Below, one piece after another: positions 60,700-64,000 of a stretch of DNA of 64,000 bases. Within the stretch, counting starts at the first letter, position 1. Each line of letters starts with the position of its first letter. The position numbers and the translations under genes are program-made. Under the pieces are notes generated by a model. The model saw nothing but the letters and a program-made list of their open reading frames with translations, was not told the origin of the DNA and made no database searches. The DNA is from Ignisphaera sp. GTDB taxonomy: Archaea; Thermoproteota; Thermoprotei_A; Sulfolobales; Ignisphaeraceae. The stretch is from positions 140,930 to 204,929 of the forward strand of contig JAWAHS010000002.1 in the NCBI GenBank assembly GCA_038889075.1. Reading direction: 5' to 3'.

Positions 60700-61824
60700 G
60701 TGGAGAGGATGGTTAAATACGAATCGCTGAGCAGATTGGATGAATTTACAGGATTTTTGGAGGGTGATATGATTGACGCATTCCTAGAGGTATTCCATGT
60801 AAAATTTGGTAGCGGGACATGGGCAGCGGGACCTTTTAGCGATAGATTTATGGCTAGAGGGTACTTCCCCGGGCTATCCTCAGATATACTTTCAAAGATT
60901 GAAAGAATAAAGAAAGCAGGGATAAAGGCCTTTGTTCCCATAAACATGGAGTTTTTCGATGAAAAATTCAATGTTCAGTGGGATCTTGTTGATAAAGTTA
61001 AGGGCTATGCCGAAGCTAACGGCATGATTATTGCTGGATTTGCTATAGATCTCTCTGGAGTTCCACAGCTTAGACTCGGTACCCTAGCTAACCCTGATCC
61101 ATCTCTTAGGAGAAAATCCATGGAGATACTTATAGAGAGTATGGAGATAGCTAAGAAGTTTAATGTCGATGTAGTTTCATTTTGGCCCGGTCAAGATGGA
61201 TGGGACTATAGCTTTGAGATCAACTATGGTAAGAAAATAGCGGTTTTCCTAGATGGATTAAGGGAACTTGCTTCTGAAGCTATTAAACGAAACATGATGC
61301 TATGTATTGAAGCTAAGCTTAAAGAACCTAAGGAGGGCAACATGATTATACCAACGACGCATGCTGCAATTGTTATGGCTAGGAAACTTAATGATGAACT
61401 TGGTAGAAAGGTTGTTGGTATAACAGTCGACTATGGTCACGAACTCATGTACGCTGTTGAGCCAGCCTATACAGTATACCTTTCCCATTACTTTGATGTA
61501 CCTCTTCTGTCAATACATATAAATACAGCTAAAACCCATAGCAATGATGAGGATAGAGTTGTTGGAACGGGGGATGTATGGCAGCTTATAGACTTTCTAT
61601 ATGCAACCATAGATATTGGATACACAGGATGGTATATACTGGATCAATTCACATATAGAATGGATCCCGTAGATGGTATGAGACTATCCAAGGAATTCTT
61701 TGCTAATGCTATGAAGAAAGCTCTGGAAATCTATAGACATAGAGATGAACTTGAGAAAATCCGAGAAGCAGGAGATCAGGCAAAGGTACTCGACCTAGTT
61801 AAAAAGATACTATACAATTTCTAA
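60700..61824 (+). CDS. Xylose/L-rhamnose isomerase-like TIM-barrel protein
   Basis: FWPGQDG, EAKLKEP (compare EPKP.EP), DYGH, DED, LDQF. Confidence 0.8.
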   Translation: MERMVKYESLSRLDEFTGFLEGDMIDAFLEVFHVKFGSGTWAAGPFSDRFMARGYFPGLSSDILSKIERIKKAGIKAFVPINMEFFDEKFNVQWDLVDKVKGYAEANGMIIAGFAIDLSGVPQLRLGTLANPDPSLRRKSMEILIESMEIAKKFNVDVVSFWPGQDGWDYSFEINYGKKIAVFLDGLRELASEAIKRNMMLCIEAKLKEPKEGNMIIPTTHAAIVMARKLNDELGRKVVGITVDYGHELMYAVEPAYTVYLSHYFDVPLLSIHINTAKTHSNDEDRVVGTGDVWQLIDFLYATIDIGYTGWYILDQFTYRMDPVDGMRLSKEFFANAMKKALEIYRHRDELEKIREAGDQAKVLDLVKKILYNF

Positions 61825-62165
61825 CCTATACAAACCATTTTTAATTTAACTTAATATAGATAAACATAACAATATCTTTGATTTAGATCGTTTGCATTTT
61901 GCATAGCGCACTACTAGATAAACATTATTAATCATAGTGTCCTCTATGATCCAGGAACAGACTAGAGGCAATTTAGCTTAAGCTCTAACTATGTTGATCA
62001 AATTAATATTAGATGTATTAGAAAACTGTGTAGAAAATCCAATTATAGTGGTCGAGGAACTGCATATGCATATAACTATGCCCTACTGCGTCCATATTCC
62101 ATCTAGGAATTGAGTGTATAGATTTATAATTACCTCTAAAGGTATATACTTACTGGAGAGGATAT

Positions 62166-62993
62166 ATGGTGCATGAATTGGTGAAATATATTGAGGAATT
62201 TCTAAAGCTTTCTGAAGAAGAAGCTGTTAGAACACTTGTTAAGAAGGTTATGTATCCCGATTTTGATTTGGCATTTGAAAAAGCTAGAAGAATACTATGC
62301 ATAGCACCACATCCTGATGATTGCGAGGTTGGTGCAGGTGGAACAATAGCATCGCTTTCAAAAATGGGTAAGGAGGTATTTCTCGCTATAGCTACCGATG
62401 GTTCATTAGGAACCTCGGATCCAAATCTAGCACCGCAACAGCTAGCATATATTCGTATGATGGAGCAGGAGGAGGCAGGTAGGATAATAGGTGTAAAAAA
62501 GGTTATATGGTTTGGATACAAGGATGGATACATGCCATATGATCGAGAGGCTAGATCAAAATTTGTTGAAGTGATAAGAGCTCTAAAACCAGATGTTGTA
62601 CTTGCCCCAGATCCGTGGCTTTCCTATGAGGCACATCCAGATCACAGAAATACAGGACTTTTATCAGCTGAAGCGATTATGGTAACAGGTTTGCCACATT
62701 ATGTTGAGGAGGGTTCGCTAATTGGTTTAGAGCCTTGGCATGTAAGGTATGTAGCATTCTACTATACATCAAAGCCAAACTACTACTACAATATAACGGA
62801 TACAATTGATGTCAAAATGAGGGCTTTAAAAGCCCACAAGTCACAGTTTGAAGCTAATTGGAATGAATTTGAAACTCTAATAAAATTTATAGCAACCCTA
62901 TACGGCAAGAGAGTTGGCGTAGGTTATGCAGAGGCTTTTAAACTACTTCCAACGCAGCTGATTCATGCTATACCATTTGCAGAAATAATATAA
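62166..62993 (+). CDS. PIG-L family deacetylase (diacetylchitobiose deacetylase-like)
   Basis: APHPDD, TDG..G, YEAHPDH, HKSQF, AEAF; size and termini resemble Thermococcales Dac. Confidence 0.85.
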   Translation: MVHELVKYIEEFLKLSEEEAVRTLVKKVMYPDFDLAFEKARRILCIAPHPDDCEVGAGGTIASLSKMGKEVFLAIATDGSLGTSDPNLAPQQLAYIRMMEQEEAGRIIGVKKVIWFGYKDGYMPYDREARSKFVEVIRALKPDVVLAPDPWLSYEAHPDHRNTGLLSAEAIMVTGLPHYVEEGSLIGLEPWHVRYVAFYYTSKPNYYYNITDTIDVKMRALKAHKSQFEANWNEFETLIKFIATLYGKRVGVGYAEAFKLLPTQLIHAIPFAEII

Positions 62994-63183
62994 AGTACCG
63001 TTCTATGGCCATCACGATAGCGGAACATGATACATTAATTGATGAGTTGAAGATCGAGAAAGAGATATAATGATTACTTAGATGATTAAGATGAGATCTA
63101 TTTATACATCCTCTAAGCATCTTCAAGATAGACAGAAGGAAGGTCTATGATACAGTAATTCAATTTATCAAGGCGAAAATGGG

Positions 63184-63744
63184 ATGGCTACAATCGAGGC
63201 ACTATATAGTTTATGGAGATTCACGGGTATCGTAGCAGCTGTTTTAGCATGGTTTATTATACTACTCTCTATATTACAGAATCCGTGGTTCAACGTATAT
63301 AGGCATGCCCTTAGTGATTTAGGGGATTCCAGAGCCAATAAACCATGGATCTACAATATCGGATTGATAGTTATAGGTTTAATAATCTGTGTATACTCCC
63401 TCTATCTTACATATATAGCAAATAGTAAGGCTCACATTTATGCTTCAGCTCTACTCTTTATAGCAGGGATATTTCTAGCATTGATAGGGGTCTATCCAAG
63501 TGGAACGAGACCTCATACCTTTGTCTCAACATGGTTCTTCATACAGATGTGGCTAGCCTTATTAGCAACAACAATCGGTATGGTAATAGATGGGAGGACA
63601 ATTTATGCTATAGTTCTTGGAACTATGGCCATTATAGGACCGCTAGGAGCGATATTCATTAAATGGCCCTCAGTAGCTCTACAGGAGATTTTTGGAATCG
63701 TAATCATCGATATTTACATTATAATTTTAACAATGGTTTTTTAA
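63184..63744 (+). CDS. DUF998 family membrane protein
   Basis: NPWF....ALSDLG, YN.GL, LIGVYP...PH, multiple TM helices. Confidence 0.8.
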   Translation: MATIEALYSLWRFTGIVAAVLAWFIILLSILQNPWFNVYRHALSDLGDSRANKPWIYNIGLIVIGLIICVYSLYLTYIANSKAHIYASALLFIAGIFLALIGVYPSGTRPHTFVSTWFFIQMWLALLATTIGMVIDGRTIYAIVLGTMAIIGPLGAIFIKWPSVALQEIFGIVIIDIYIIILTMVF

Positions 63745-63864
63745 ATAGAATTATACTACAACATTTCATGTCGGATACGCAATTAGAATATGCCACTGCC
63801 AGTCACTACATTCATAAGAATAAAAGTATAAATTTTTAGAAGGGTAAAGTTCTTCGGTGATGCT

Positions 63865-64000
63865 ATGGATTATAAACCGAGTTGGGAAAGCATCAGAAGA
63901 CATTATGAAATTTTCAACAGAGAATTCAGACCATCATGGTTTCATGATGTGAAAATAGGTGTTATTATCCACTGGGGTTTATACTCTGTACCAGGCTGGG
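63865..64000 (+). CDS. Alpha-L-fucosidase (GH29), 5' part; runs off the window
   Basis: MDYKPSWESI...PSWFHDVKIGVIIHWGLYSVPGW matches the GH29 N-terminal signature. GGTGA SD upstream. Confidence 0.85.
   Translation, partial: MDYKPSWESIRRHYEIFNREFRPSWFHDVKIGVIIHWGLYSVPGW

Noticed and set aside
1-64000. CRISPR arrays, cas genes, transposases, rRNA
   Set aside because: No regularly spaced 24-40 bp repeats, no cas or transposase motifs and no long GC-rich RNA gene seen by eye.

Overview
This is an AT-rich chromosomal segment from a hyperthermophilic crenarchaeon. Reverse gyrase, Alba, an intron-containing tRNA-Tyr, GGTGA Shine-Dalgarno motifs and TATA promoters support this; Desulfurococcales, possibly Ignisphaera-like, is my inference. 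The left 43 kb is mostly housekeeping: rgy, a pilin with its platform protein, galK/galT, GH57 and glycogen genes, dys, a biotin carrier and carboxyltransferase, valS, moaA, a GlmS-like protein, trpS and parA. The right 21 kb is a sugar-catabolism island: DhaK/DhaL, UxaE, UxaC, a GH2 beta-glucuronidase, an unusual 713-aa transaldolase-family protein, four TIM-barrel isomerases, a Gfo/Idh/MocA oxidoreductase, a tandem GNAT, a family-5 binding protein, a PIG-L deacetylase and the start of a GH29. Best leads: (1) a possible non-Ashwell hexuronate route via aldol cleavage and DHA kinase; (2) an unannotated C/D-box sRNA whose two guides match the conserved 3' and 5' ends of 16S rRNA; (3) a 23-27 aa Lys/Glu microprotein with its own promoter; (4) a GlmS with a degenerate glutaminase domain. 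I saw no CRISPR array, IS element, integrase or rRNA. All calls come from motif recognition by eye; no searches were run.
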